A stretch of 64,000 bases of DNA from Octopus sinensis (taxonomy: Eukaryota): contig NC_043008.1 of NCBI RefSeq assembly GCF_006345805.1, positions 63,674,001 through 63,738,000 on the forward strand, read 5' to 3'. A model generated the notes under the pieces. The model was not told the DNA's origin. It was given only the letters and a program-made list of their open reading frames with translations, and made no database searches. Below, piece after piece: positions 13,111-26,055 of the stretch. Positions within the stretch are counted from its first letter, which is position 1. Every line of letters begins with the position of its first letter. The translations under genes were made by a program, and so were the position numbers.

Positions 13111-13738
13111 CAAATAGTGAAATTTTTTAAATGTGAATTATCTTCAACCTTACTATTCTTTATTATTAATGCCTGAGACAATTCATTCCTTTAAAGGAAG
13201 ATAATCATCCTCAATAATCTGCAGGGGGTGAGGAGGGACAGAGAAAAAACATGAGGTGTAGACAGACTTGTTTACATGTTCGTTAATGAGTTCATTGTTA
13301 TGTAAAAAATAGGCAATTTTTGTTTCTTCTATATTTGTAGAAGTTGTTTGATATTAAACATTTATTATTAGCTTCAGTAAATGACAGATACACACACGTA
13401 CACACACACATGCATACAAAATAAAGCAAATTCTTTTTGTATATATAATACTAAATTCTGGGCCTATATTACCAAATGCTGGGTCTTTGGAATCACTTGA
13501 GATTTGGTAAAGTAAAGTACAAGACAAAGAAAACAGCTGTTGCTATTTAGCCCTAGTTCTAACCTTATTGATCAGACCTATGATCAAAGGCATTCCAACC
13601 GTGTCATTCCATTTTTTTCACACATCATCGGTTTCTGTATCCAACTTGTACTATTTTTTATTAAGATACTTCCATGGCCACTTTTTATTGGCTTAAAATA
13701 ACTTTCATCAGGTTGATAGATTGACAGAATCATTAGAG

Positions 13739-14322
13739 CAGTGTTTCTCAGCCAGGGTTGACCAGAATACTAGGGTTCCGCAAAAGGTTCCTAGGGGTTC
13801 TGCAAGAAAGGGCGAGATAAGCTAATGCTAATTTTATGCTTGTGATATTATTACTATACATGCACAACATATTGGTTATTGTATATATATATAGACATCA
13901 TCCTATCTAACCCTTTGTGCTTTCAAAAAAAATATAACCACCACAGACATATATATATATATCATCATCATCATCATCATCGTTTAACGTCCATTTTTCA
14001 TGCTGGCATGGGTTGGACGATTTGACTGAGGTCTGGAGAGCCAGCGGCTGCACCAGGCTCCAATCTGACAATCTGATCTGCCAATGTTTCTATAACTGGA
14101 TGCCCTTCCTAATGCCAACCACTCCGAGAGTGTAGTGGGTGCTTTTTATGTGCCACCAGCACACACACACACACACACATATATATATCTGATATTTACC
14201 ACATAAACTATGATGAAAAAATATGAGAAAAATATAGTCTATAATTTTTTTGTGCTAGGGCTCCTTGAGACATGTAATTTATTTTAAGGGTTACACAAGG
14301 GTAAAAAGGTTGAGAAACACCA
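13739..14322. mobile_element. hAT-type MITE with 8-bp TSD
   Basis: TIRs CAGTGTTTCTCAGCC / GGTTGAGAAACACCA; exact TSD CATTAGAG at 13731-13738 and 14323-14330. Confidence 0.9.
13962..14162 (-). mobile_element. Family D retroposon 3' end with (GAT)n tail
   Basis: catcatcatcgtttaacg...ggatgcccttcctaatgccaacc, homologous to 17278-17704; lies between TA and CA repeats inside the MITE. Confidence 0.85.
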
Positions 14323-16093
14323 CATTAGAGCACTGGATAAAATGCCTTGTAGTATTTATCCTGATTCTTTACTTCTTGAGTTCAAATCCCACAAAGGTCG
14401 AAATTTTGCCTTTAATTCATAGGGGGCTGATACAATATAAATGTTCCACTGGAGAACAGATATCAAAATAATCAACTATACACCTACCCACAAAATTTCA
14501 GGTCATGTGGCTATATTAGAAGCAATTATTTCAGAACTGAAAGAAGATATTCTGACTGATAGCTGTTAGCTATGTCACCTAACCATGAAAGCTAATCATT
14601 AAGAAATGGTTGTGTGTAGTATGAGTGGCACAGACTGTCACTTGGCACAACTAATTGGAGCTCGTAACAACAACGTAGAGACTGTTTTATTAGGAAATAG
14701 CTTCTGAGAATTATTTCTACATTGAAAGATTTCATGATATGAGTTAGCATCATTAACAGACAAATATTTCTAAAATTACTACTATCTGGCAATTGATGCG
14801 ACTCTCATACAAATATTTCATTTACACAACCACTCTATCCATTAACCACTTTGGGCTACTTTATCAAGATGGCAGCTGCATTTATAGAATTACACATCAA
14901 TTGTAGGGAACTCAATTCAGCAATAATTATGTACGATTTTGTAACGAACTGAATGGCAAAATAATTGAAAAGCAATGAGAAATTTTCTCTACCGACTCTT
15001 AGAAGCACAAGATGTTTAACAAAAGACACAGATGTAAATGAGATTTGTAAAGATTTATAATTTCATAATACTTCTTTTTTATTTTTATCATAGTTTTTCT
15101 CAGTAAAAGAATCTTAAAAATACAACAGTTATTCTTACAGGTCAGTAATATCTCATTTTGGGGTCTATTCTTGAATTAAATTCTATCTTAAAAGAAGTCA
15201 CAAAGATATTAAGTGAAATTATTCTGATACCAATGTAAATTTGTTATTCAAAATATTAGCAAAAGGTGTTCAATAGATGAAATTTGAATTCCCTTCTAAA
15301 GAGAATGTTTATTGATTTAAATAGCTACAAATAGATTATACAGAATATAAAACACATTTTTAGGAACACAGTCAAAACTTTATTGTGTCTATTGATGTAA
15401 AAATTCAGCCAAAACATTTTGCGAAAATCAAAAATGAAGTTTTAAAATGGAAATGATAATTAAATTTCTCACTTGATATGTAGCTGTTCTATCATAAATT
15501 AAGAGAAGAAAGATTCTATTTTCAACACTTCTTCCAGCATATGATTTATTATTAGCCATACTGACATGGTATACACGAGTCGAGATGAGAAAATCCACTT
15601 TATTCTGTCTTCATTCATTTCATCTGTTAAGCCAATGCTTTATACCTGTCCAAGTAAATTCAGCACAAAATCTCTTTATTTATTTTGACTATATTCTATT
15701 ACCAAACTCACAGCATATTTCTACTTAATTCGAATATCATGTAATTCTTATTTCTTAAATCTGCCACATGTTTTTCAGTTTCTTTAAACACTCACACACA
15801 CACACACATACACACCACTTATTACACTGTAGCCTGGGAAAACAGGCTGTCGCTTTGCTGATGGCTTTCAAGAGCACATTTTAAGCACACTACTACACAT
15901 GTCAGGCTTATCTGTTGTCACACCCTCCAAGACAAAGTGCCATTCCATTATTCAATTATTAGAGTGTGGCACCTCAGCATATCATATATTCACACACTCC
16001 AAGAAAGGAAAAAAAAATCAGCAATTTACATTTAAAGTCAAAACCATGTCACAGACAAGCTTATATGAATTTTTGCTATCTACTCCTATACCT

Positions 16094-16630
16094 GAGGAGG
16101 AACGTGGCTTAGTGATTAGGGTGTCAGCATCATGATCGTAAGATTGTGATTTCAATTCCTGGACCGGGCGATGCGTTTCGTTCTTGAGCAAAACACTTCA
16201 TTTCATGCTACTCCAGTCCACTCAGCTGGCAAAAATGAGTAACGCTGCGATGGACTGGTGTCCAGTCCAGCTGGGGAACACATACACCATTGAAATCGAG
16301 AAACCGGACCCATGAGTCTGCCTAGGCTTTAAAAGGGTGCATTTATTATTCTTTTTATGACACTTTACAAGGCGTGTAGCTTAGTGGTTAGGATGTCAGC
16401 ATCATGATCGTAAAATTGTGGTTTCGATTCCTGGACCAGGCAACGTGTTGTGTTCTTGAGCAAAATACTTCACATCATGTTGCTCCAGTCCACTCAGCAG
16501 GCAAAAATGAGTAATGCTGTGATGGACTGGTGTCCCATCTGGCTGGGAAACACATATTCCATTGAAACTGGGAAACAGGGCCCATGATCCTGGCTAGGCT
16601 TTAAAAGGGCGCATTTATTATTTTATTTAT
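16094..16630 (+). mobile_element. Head-to-tail SINE dimer (H2+T1 twice) inside one 13-bp TSD
   Basis: Monomers 16094-16350 and 16371-16630; TSD TACTCCTATACCT at 16081-16093 and 16631-16643. Confidence 0.9.
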
Positions 16631-16833
16631 TACTCCTATACCTACCCTTAGTTCGATATTCCCATCTCGTCCTTCACTTCCTTCCTCACCTCATCTTTGC
16701 CTTCTCTTTTCCTTTCCATGTTTTTCTTCTCTTCTCCTTCTTTCATGAAGCTGATACTCATTTTATAACACTTGTAGTGTCTTGTGTTCCTCATCAGCTG
16801 TAGCAAGTTTCTGAAAAGTTGTTGAAGCATGGT

Positions 16834-16980
16834 GGTGTGCTGAAAAGTTCCTGGCTTTAGATAAAAGTAAATACCGGAAGATCAGGATCAATTAATTATG
16901 CTTTTGCTCGACTAAAGGAGGTGCTCCAGCATGGCAACAGTCAAATGACTGAAACAAGTAAAAGAGTAAAAGAGTAAAAA
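16834..16980 (+). mobile_element. Mariner-MITE half joined to SINE-A 3' tail
   Basis: gtgctgaaaagttcctggcttt (compare 44214) followed by tgctcgactaaagg...gaaacaagtaaaagagtaaaagag. Confidence 0.75.
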
Positions 16981-17127
16981 ACTATGTAAAAAATTGTATT
17001 GGTTTTTTTTTAAAGTCTTTGGTCAGTAAGTGTTATTTCCTATTTGCTTCTATCTAGAAATTAAAGGAAAGAACAAAAATCATGTTACACAGTGAGATTT
17101 TTCACTAAAAACACTCTTAGTTGTAAA

Positions 17128-17975
17128 TGGTAAGAAGCTTGCTTCCCATCTACATGGATCCAGATTCCAGTTTCACTGCATGGCATCTTAGGCAAGTGTT
17201 TTTCTCCTATAGCCACAGGCTAACCAAAGCCTTGTGAATGAATTTGGTAGATGGAAACTGGAAGAATCCCATTGTATATCATCATCATCATCATCGTTTA
17301 ACATCTGCTTCCCATAGTAGCATGGATTGGACGATTTGACTGAGGTCTGGTGAACCAGATGGCTGCACCAGACTCCAATCTTGATCTGGCAGAGTTTCTA
17401 CAGCTGGATGCCCTCCCCAACGCCAACCACTCTGAGAGTGTAGTAGGTGCTTTTATGTGCCACTGGCATGAGGGCAAGTCAGGCAGTACTGGCAACGGCC
17501 ATGCTCAAATGGTGCTTTTTATGTGCCACCTGCACAGGAGCCAGTCCAGCGGCACTGGCAGCAACCTCGGTCGAATGGCTTTTTCACATGCCACCAGCAC
17601 AAGTGCTAGTAAGGTGACACAGGTAATGATCATGCTTGAATGATGTTTTTTACATGCCATTGGCACAGTGGCCAGCTTGTTGCTCAGGCCACGATCTCAC
17701 TCGTATGGTATATATATATATATATATATATGCATGTATATCTACCTATGTCTGTGTCTTTCTGTCTGTTTGTTCTCCCCACTACTGCTTGACAACCAGT
17801 ACTGGTGTGTTTACATCCCTGTAACTTAGCAGTTCAGCAAAAGAGGCCGATAGAATAAGCACCAGGCTTAAAAAAACAATTACCAGAGTTAATTCATTTA
17901 ACTAATACTTCAAGGCGTTGCCCCAGCATGGGCATAGTCTAATGACTGAAACAAGCAAAAAGGAAAAGATATCAT
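17128..17975 (+). mobile_element. SINE family A split by a family D insertion
   Basis: A head 17128-17277; A tail resumes after (TA)n at ~17735. Confidence 0.85.
17278..17704 (-). mobile_element. Family D retroposon with internal ~65-bp repeats
   Basis: (CAT)n tail; recurrent ttttatgtgccac...ggca units. Confidence 0.85.
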
Positions 17976-18545
17976 CCTTATCCATAAGTAAGATTCTGTC
18001 CAAAACGTTAATTACTCCACTCTCCACTGCAGTTTCTGTTGCTCTCCTCAAATTCATGTCTTGCCATTACAGACCACCACCACCAACCCTTATTGAATAA
18101 TTATTTATGTGACACTTTTCCTACTACTTCCTAAACTTCCTTCTTATGTACATCCTCATCACCATACTTATAAGAAATTACACAACAGTCTTCTATTGCT
18201 AAACACAGGCTACACTGAAGATTTGCTCATCCATCCATCTTACAAAACGTTAATTAACACATAATTGAGTTTATATTTGTTTGTCAGTGTGTTTTTTTTA
18301 CTTTTTTATTTTGTTTATTTATTTATTTATTTTGATAAAAACACACTTAATTGTGGATCAATGAACAACAATTTATTTTGTATTGTTTACCAGAACAGAA
18401 AATATTATTTCATTTAAGCAAAAAAAAAAAAATAATAATAATAATAACATTAATAATCAACAAGACAAAACCAGAGAAAGAAAAGAAAAGAAAAGAAAAG
18501 AAAATTAACAGGCAGAGTCAAATGTAGCTTTGCAAAGGAAATATA

Positions 18546-18668
18546 TTATCGACATTGTTGGTCGTCATCATTGTCGTCATTGCCACTGCTACTGCCACCA
18601 TCACCACCATCACCACCACCACTATTGCCGCCGCCGCCGCCGCCGCCACCACCACCACCACCATCATT

Positions 18669-18722
<54 letters not shown>
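18546..18722. repeat. Compound (CAC)/(CGC)/(CAT) triplet repeat
   Basis: Directly visible. Confidence 0.95.
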
Positions 18723-18723
<1 letters not shown>

Positions 18724-18960
18724 CCTATTTCTTTACTACCCACAAAGGGGCTAAACACAGAGAGGACAAACAAGGACAGACAAACGGATTAAGTCGATTA
18801 CGACGACCCCCCAGTGCGTAACTGGTACTTAATTTATCGACCCCCAAAAGGATGAAAGGCAAAGTCGACCTCAGCAGAATTTGAACTCACAATGTAACGG
18901 CAGACAAAATACAGCTACGCATTTCGCCTGGCATGCTAACGTCTCTGCCAGCTCGCCACC
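18724..18960 (-). mobile_element. SINE family C, full length
   Basis: Reverse complement of 51821-52051; homologous to 37225-37452. Confidence 0.9.
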
Positions 18961-19384
18961 TATCATCACAACCATATCACCAACACCACTACCAACACCA
19001 CCACCACAACCTCTGCCGCTGCCACCACCACCACCATCATCATGCCAGCATAGAAAACAGACTTAAAATGATAGTGATGATGATGATGACATTGTATACA
19101 TTTTTTAATGTCATTAATATATAAAAGGATCTCCATCAGCTCCCACGATGATATTTCAGTTGTTTGATCTAGTGCACAATCTACTCAATGACATTAGCAT
19201 ATAAGCAGCTGAATATTCCATAGACTGAAGTATCCTTAATATTAATTTCAGGTGAAATTAGTATACCAGTGTTAAAAGGGTGTTTTAAATTACAAATTGT
19301 GAACTCTCTTATCATAGATGAGAGATGAGGGATCAGCAATTTCTTGCTAAACAACCTGCACAATTAACTTGTTTATAGTATAAA

Positions 19385-19780
19385 GGCGCAGGAGTGGCTG
19401 TGTGGTAAGTAGCTTGCTTACCAACTACATGGTTCTGGGCTCAGTCCCACTGTGTGGCACCTTGGGCAAGTATCTTCTACTATAGCCTTGGGCTGACCAA
19501 AGCCTTGTGAGTGGATTTGGTGGATGGAAACTAAAAGAACCCTGTTGTATATATGTATATGTGTGTGAGTTTGTGTGTCTGTGTTTGTCCACCCCAACAT
19601 CACTTGACAACCGATGCTGGTATGTTTACGTCCCCGTAACTTAGTGGTTCAGCAAAAAAGACCGATAAAATAAGTACTAGGCTTACAAATAATAAGTCCT
19701 GGGGTCAATTTGCTTGACTAAAGGCAGTGCTCCAGCATGGCCACAGTCAAATGGTTGAAACAAGTAAAAGAGTAAAAGAG
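19385..19780 (+). mobile_element. SINE family A, full length
   Basis: tRNA-like head, central microsatellite, tail gaaacaagtaaaagagtaaaagag. Confidence 0.95.
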
Positions 19781-21419
19781 TGATCAAATGTTTGTGCCGT
19801 ACACGAACTCACTCTCTCCATTAAATCAGTATTACCTGTACAGGTGCATGATGTGCAACTGGTCAGATGTCAAATTGATCAGAGAACAATGCATCACCCA
19901 CTCCAAAAATTGAAAATGTTTATCAGGCAATCACGGGAGCAACATTTTAATCACAAGGCCATGTGCTATGACTTAAATTACAAATAAAATCCATCAAAGA
20001 GGTTTCTTTATAGTTTCTCTTTATCCAATTACACTCACTAGGCTCAAGGTTATGGTAAAATTCATTTGTCCTAGAGGCAAATGGTGGAATTGAAAGCAGG
20101 ACCATGTGGTTGAAAGAGCGAGAGAACTGAAACATGTCATATTTGGAAGCCCTTGTACATGCATGAACTACTTCTTGTAACGAATTCAGTTAAATTTTGG
20201 GAAAGAAGCAGTATACTTGGAAACAGATATTAGAGCCAAAAGCCTTCAAAATAACTAATGAAAAGTTAAAGTTTTAGTTTATAGGAAAGGAAACATGATG
20301 TCACGTGTGTTAGGCAACTGGCCATAACCAAAATACAGAAAATGATTAGGTAAGCTGATAGTGAAAGTAGAATTTATCAGTAAAAGTTCATGTGAGATAA
20401 ATTCTTTCAAATACGCAGAAGGTTTCTTAGATGTAATTGCTGTGTGTGTGTGTGTACACAAACACATATAATATATATGTATGAGGTGGTGGGGGGCATA
20501 TAATTAATTACACAATGAAAACTATTTTATTAAAATATTGTGAACACTATCCAGCTCTATTTTAGTGCACACAAATAGATACAAACGGATATAAAACAAA
20601 TGCTTGTAAAATTTAATTGAATTTTAGAGAAAACTAATTATTAAATCTGAACTGTTTTAATTGGATGCTGTATTGACCAATTCTGTCAGCAAGTTGGCAG
20701 CATTTAAATAATTCCTTTTAGCAATAGAGAATATTTGGCAAGAATTTTTCGTTGTCCTTGCTTTACTGAATACAATCAACAATTTCTGACTTTTCATGCT
20801 GACCCCGTGTATACCAGCTTTGATTTTTAATTTATGTTCTGCTAGCCTATGAACAAACAATTATAAATCAGATTATTTATATGGCAGAATACATAGCAAT
20901 GTATTTATATGCTGTGTGCTTTCATACATAGAGTGACATGCAAATAAATAAAACAGGATTTATCATAAAATGCAGTATTATTTCAGAATTACTTTGATTC
21001 AAATCTTCGATGATAAAATATCTAGAGAAAATTAAAAGATGTAACTTTCCTTATACAATCCCTACGCATGCTGCCCTATTACTTTTGCACTCTATCCCTC
21101 CACTTTTCCCGCAATAATTCCTGTCAAAAATTCCTTCCCTTCTTCCTCTTCCCAGCAACACTCATCCCATCCTTTTCTCTTACCATTTGCATTCCACTTC
21201 TTAAAATCCTTGCCTACTCTCTCTTTTATTCTCTCTCAGTCATTGGGACCTCTTTAGGCAGTTAGCTTTGCAAGTTATGAGACAATCCTTACTAGTGCTG
21301 GTATATATTTTATTAATATCTAGTTGTTGAACCACTAAGTTACAGGACATAAAGTGAAGCTAAAAGAGTGCGAAGGTATTTAAACTATAAAAATAAATAT
21401 TAACCTAACACATATGCAC

Positions 21420-21445
21420 CCATATATATATATATATATATATAT

Positions 21446-21479
<34 letters not shown>

Positions 21480-21557
21480 TGATAGATAGAGAGATAGAGA
21501 GATAGGTAGGTAGATAGATAGATAAATAGATAAATATGATAGATAGATAGATAGATA
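21420..21557. repeat. (TA)n + (GATA)n microsatellite
   Basis: Directly visible. Confidence 0.95.
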
Positions 21558-21750
21558 TAGGGAGAATTCACAAAAAAACAAAAGATGAAGACAGGTGGTG
21601 TAGACGACAAACAGATGTATTAGTTTAACACTCAGGAAGTGAAAAAGTCTTTAACGTTTCGGGCCTACGCTCTTCCACAGTAAGGAACACAGAAAGAAAC
21701 AAGGAGAGAAAATAAAGAATGTGTAGTGGCTAGCAATCTATCATGGCGAA
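21558..21750 (-). mobile_element. Penelope-like remnant with variant hammerhead
   Basis: Minus strand CTGTGGA-A-GAG-cgtagg-CCC-GAAA-CG-TT; flanked by microsatellites; homolog of 3505-3800. Confidence 0.6.
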
Positions 21751-21829
21751 TACATATATATATATATATTATATATATATATATATGTATATGGTGTATT
21801 TTATACACACAGCAACTTCTAACAATTGT

Positions 21830-22110
21830 GACAGCAAGTGGCTCAGTGGCTCTGGTGTTGTACTCACAATTGCAAGATTGTGGTTTCCATTCCCAGAATG
21901 AGTAGTGAGTTGTGTTTATGAGAAACACACTTCATTTCACATTGTTCCACTCTACTCAGCTGCAAATGAACAAACCTGCAACACACTGGTGTCCCATTCA
22001 GAATGACTGCTGTGATTTCAATCACTTCTACACTATGGAAACTGAGCACCCACAATTATGGTTCCCCAGACTCAAAGACAGCAATCTCCAGCGAACTTAT
22101 TTACTTTGTA
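21830..22110 (+). mobile_element. SINE head H2 + diverged T1-like tail
   Basis: gtggctcagtgg...ggtttccattccc...acacttcatttcacattgttccactctactcagctgc. Confidence 0.7.
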
Positions 22111-22220
22111 CTTAACAACAAACACTTCATGAGTGTGCAATAAATATTTCAATCATGAAACATAACATCATAAACCACAACCAGGAATAAAGAACAAATG
22201 CAGAGCTGATATCCACTTAC

Positions 22221-22365
22221 GGAGGTGCAGGCATGACTGTGTGGAAAGAACCATATGGTTCAGGGTACAGTTCCACTGCATGACACCTTGGACAAATGTT
22301 TTCTACTATAGCCTTGTGAACAGTTATGGTAGACGGAAACTGGAAGAAGCCTATCATATGTGTGT
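22221..22365 (+). mobile_element. SINE family A, 5' half
   Basis: Match to family A head. Confidence 0.8.
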
Positions 22366-22442
22366 GTTTGTTTGTTTAGTTAATAAAAAATCATGTATCA
22401 GAAAGAAACACACCCAGGAGTGCAAATAAGGCCACATCTTAT

Positions 22443-22838
22443 ACTCTCTTTTACTTGTTTCAGTCATTTGACTGCGGCCATGCTGGAGCACCGCCTTTAA
22501 TCGAGCAACTCGACCCTGGGACTTATTCTTTTTGTAAGCCCAGTACTTATTCTATCGGTCTCTTTTGCCAAACCGCTAAGTAACGGGGACATAAACACAC
22601 CAGCATCGGTTGTCAAGCGATGCTAGGGGGACAAACACACACATGCATATATATATATATATATACATATATACGACGGGCTTCTTTTCAGTTTCCGTCG
22701 ACCAAATCCACTCACAAGGCTTTGGTCAGCCCGAGGCTATAGTAGAAGACACTTGCCCAAGATACCACGCAGTGGGACTGAACCCGGAACCATGTGGTTG
22801 GTAATCAAGCTACTTACCACACAGCCACTCCTGCACCT
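22443..22838 (-). mobile_element. SINE family A, full length
   Basis: Reverse complement of 23425-23850. Confidence 0.95.
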
Positions 22839-23334
22839 TTATGTTTATAGATATATTGGTTTGGTGAGTACTTCATTCAAGAAACATTTTCTGAACAACC
22901 AGTCAACCTTCAGAGTCCCAGAAAAATGGTTTGTCACGTCTGTGGCTAGCCATCTGTGACACCTCAAAGATCAAGGGACTCTGTGTGATGTCAGGTGGAA
23001 ATTAATTGATTTTTCCAGCCTGTGTATTTATGGGAGTGACCATTCTGAGACCTGCATCATGTTAGAGAACCAAAATTCTTATGGACTTTAAGAAGCTTGG
23101 TGCATTAAACAGCCACAAAGAAGTGTTTTCTAAATATATCCACTTCAAGCAGTACTTACTAGAAAACTGGATTTTTTTTTTTCTTGTAAAGCCTCTCTGA
23201 GTCTATAAAGGTTTTTTTTTCCCCTGATTAAGGGGAAATAACATGTACTCATTAACATTTTCTCATATTCCTCAAGTCTTGAGCATTTCCTCACATCTGC
23301 AACATAATTATTTTAAAATTTTGTATTTATATTG

Positions 23335-23400
23335 AGTCTGATGAGCTGTCCACAACGCTTTGACTTTGTGGGTGTGAAACCTTAGGTAACTGTATATAAA
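23335..23400 (+). ncRNA. Type-I hammerhead ribozyme with intact catalytic core
   Basis: AGT-CTGATGA(23338-44)-stem II (CCACAA/TTGTGG)-GAAA(23376-79)-CC-TTA-GG-TA-ACT; predicted cut after 23388. Confidence 0.7.
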
Positions 23401-23424
23401 ATTTTGTTGTAATAAGTATATATA

Positions 23425-23850
23425 GGCGCAGGAGTGGCTGTGTGGTAAGTAGCTTGCTAACCAACCACATGGTTCCGTGTTCAGTCCCACTGCATGGCAT
23501 CTTGGGCAAGTGTCTTCTGCTATAGCCCCAGGCCGACCAATGCCTTGTGAGTGGATTTGGTAGACAGAAACTGAAAGAAGCCTGTCGTATATATGTACCT
23601 ATGTATATATATATGTATGTGTGTCTGTTTGTGTGTCTGTGTTTGTCCCCCTAGCATTGCTTGACAACCGATGCTGGTGTGTTTACGTCCCCGTCACTTA
23701 GCGGTTTGGCAAAAGAGACCGATAGAATAAGTACTGGGCTTACAAAGAATAAGTCCCGGGGTCGATTTGCTCGACTAAAGGCGGTGCTCCAGCATGGCCG
23801 CAGTCAAATGACTGAAACAAGTAAAAGAGTAAAAGAGAGTAAAAGAGAGT
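23425..23850 (+). mobile_element. SINE family A, full length, CpG-rich (young)
   Basis: Complete head, body and tail. Confidence 0.95.
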
Positions 23851-23899
23851 ATATGTATATATGTATACATATATACGTGTGTATATATTTATGTGTGTG

Positions 23900-24090
23900 C
23901 ATCTGTATTTTTTCCACCACCATTGGTTGGCAACTGATGCTTGTGTCTATATGTCCCCGTAACTTAGTGGTTCGGCAAAGGAGACTAATAAAATAAGTAC
24001 TACAAAAATAAATCCTGGAGTTGATTTCTTTGACTAAAACCCTTTAAGGTAGTGATCCAGCATGGCCACAGTCAAATTACTGAAACAAAA
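23900..24090 (+). mobile_element. SINE family A, 3' half
   Basis: ttggcaactgatgc...ccgtaacttagtggttcggc...gaaacaaaag. Confidence 0.8.
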
Positions 24091-24424
24091 GAATATAAGT
24101 ATACCATATAACATTTTTGTTAACTCTTTTAAAAGTGACAGATAAAGCAGAGCTATTCTCAAATATAAATGTGACACAATACCACATCATAGTTTTATGT
24201 CATTTTAAGTCATATTTACATAAAATATACACATCTGACTTCTCGTGTTATCTTTCCTCCATTAAGAAAAGAATGAAAGCCCAATGTGTGGTTTACTGGA
24301 ACTATGATACGATAAAACAAAATAATTTTTAAGGAATCTGAACCCTTAAAGCGAATTTCTATTGCATTGAATATCACAAAGACGGTATTGTATATTCTAG
24401 TGTCTCACATATAGTTAAACTTAG

Positions 24425-24542
24425 TTATCATATGAATATATACGCACATATGTGTTATGTATATATATATATATGTGTGTGTGTATATATATATGTATAT
24501 ATATATGTATATATATATGTGTATATGTATATATATATATAT

Positions 24543-24576
<34 letters not shown>

Positions 24577-24604
24577 CACATATATATACATATATATATA
24601 TATA

Positions 24605-24635
<31 letters not shown>

Positions 24636-24638
24636 CAC

Positions 24639-24685
<47 letters not shown>

Positions 24686-24860
24686 ATATACATATACACA
24701 TATATATATACATATATGTATATATATATATACACACACACTCACACATATATATGTATATATAAGCACATATAGACTATGTATACACATACAAAAACAC
24801 ATATGCATACAGACTCACACACATACACACACAAACGAATATACATATGTATGCTCATAC
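24425..24860. repeat. Long compound (TA)n/(CA)n microsatellite
   Basis: Directly visible. Confidence 0.95.
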
Positions 24861-25199
24861 CTGTTTTTAACAGCTCATGACAGATTCATAGCATGCAGGT
24901 GAACACGTGTGCCCATATATGCGTGTGTGTGTATGTGTGTATGTGTGCATGTGTGCTTGTGTGTGTATCTGTATCTCTATGTCTATATATTCATAAGATA
25001 TTTACTTTAAAAACCACCTTTACTTAAAATAGGTTTCCTTGTGTAGTTTTTCTGATATAGTCTGAACTATACAGATTTCACAACAGGTGTTCCACCATTA
25101 TCGTGTCTATTCTTCATGTAAACACATTCTCACCAAAAACTATACAAAAATTCTTCCTTGCAACAATATTATTATTTTCGTTATTACTACCATTGTTGT

Positions 25200-25207
25200 T
25201 ATGATTA

Positions 25208-25269
<62 letters not shown>

Positions 25270-25321
25270 AAAGAAATTATTCAAATTATTAGAATTATCA
25301 TTATTGTTATTTTTTTCATTT

Positions 25322-25360
<39 letters not shown>
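25200..25360. repeat. (ATT)n/(AAT)n repeats
   Basis: Directly visible. Confidence 0.95.
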
Positions 25361-25362
<2 letters not shown>

Positions 25363-25910
25363 CTTTATTATCATCATTATTATTCAGAATTTCAAGTTGA
25401 ACACAAAGATTTTATTCAAAGGATAAAAATGCAGTTTTAACTTTCTCAAAAGAGCAGTTCTTCCTTTCTAAATAAATCTGTGAATTCTAGAGATTCTCAA
25501 TACTGAAGAAGAAAAAAATAAAACCAAAACGATAAACTGTCATATTGACTATTTTTATGGATTTTTGACAGTGATAAATAAGAATTTACGCACTTTTGGA
25601 GCTGATCGTTTGAGCTATGAACTCTGTTGTGCTTTTGTTTTATTTCGATTTAGTTATTATTTTTCGATTTATTTATTATATTTCGATTCACAACTTTCCC
25701 TTTTTTGCCTCCCCCACATAGCACCTTCTGCTTTTCTTATTTTCTTTTTCTTCTTTGTTCAAACATTTATCCTTTTCTCTCTACCCCATTCTCATCATAA
25801 TCCTCATCATATCTATTATTTTATACACACACATACACACACATACATGCACATACATATGCACATACATGTATAGGAACAGACATATATGCATGCATTA
25901 ATTATCTATC

Positions 25911-25973
<63 letters not shown>

Positions 25974-26055
25974 TTATCTATCTATCTGTCTAATTATTAA
26001 TCAATTCATCTCTCTCTTTCCCTCTTTACAATATATATATATATATATATATATA

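Noticed and set aside
15945-15982. GTGCCA...TGGCAC hairpin as a pre-miRNA
   Set aside because: Stem too short and too mismatched.
18518-18821. Poly-His/Pro/Asp ORFs in several frames
   Set aside because: Open in many frames because of the triplet repeat; runs into a SINE.
20039-20846. Minus-strand exon candidates (20039-20126; acceptor at 20846)
   Set aside because: Plausible splice sites, but several frames and both strands read equally well and no protein was recognised.
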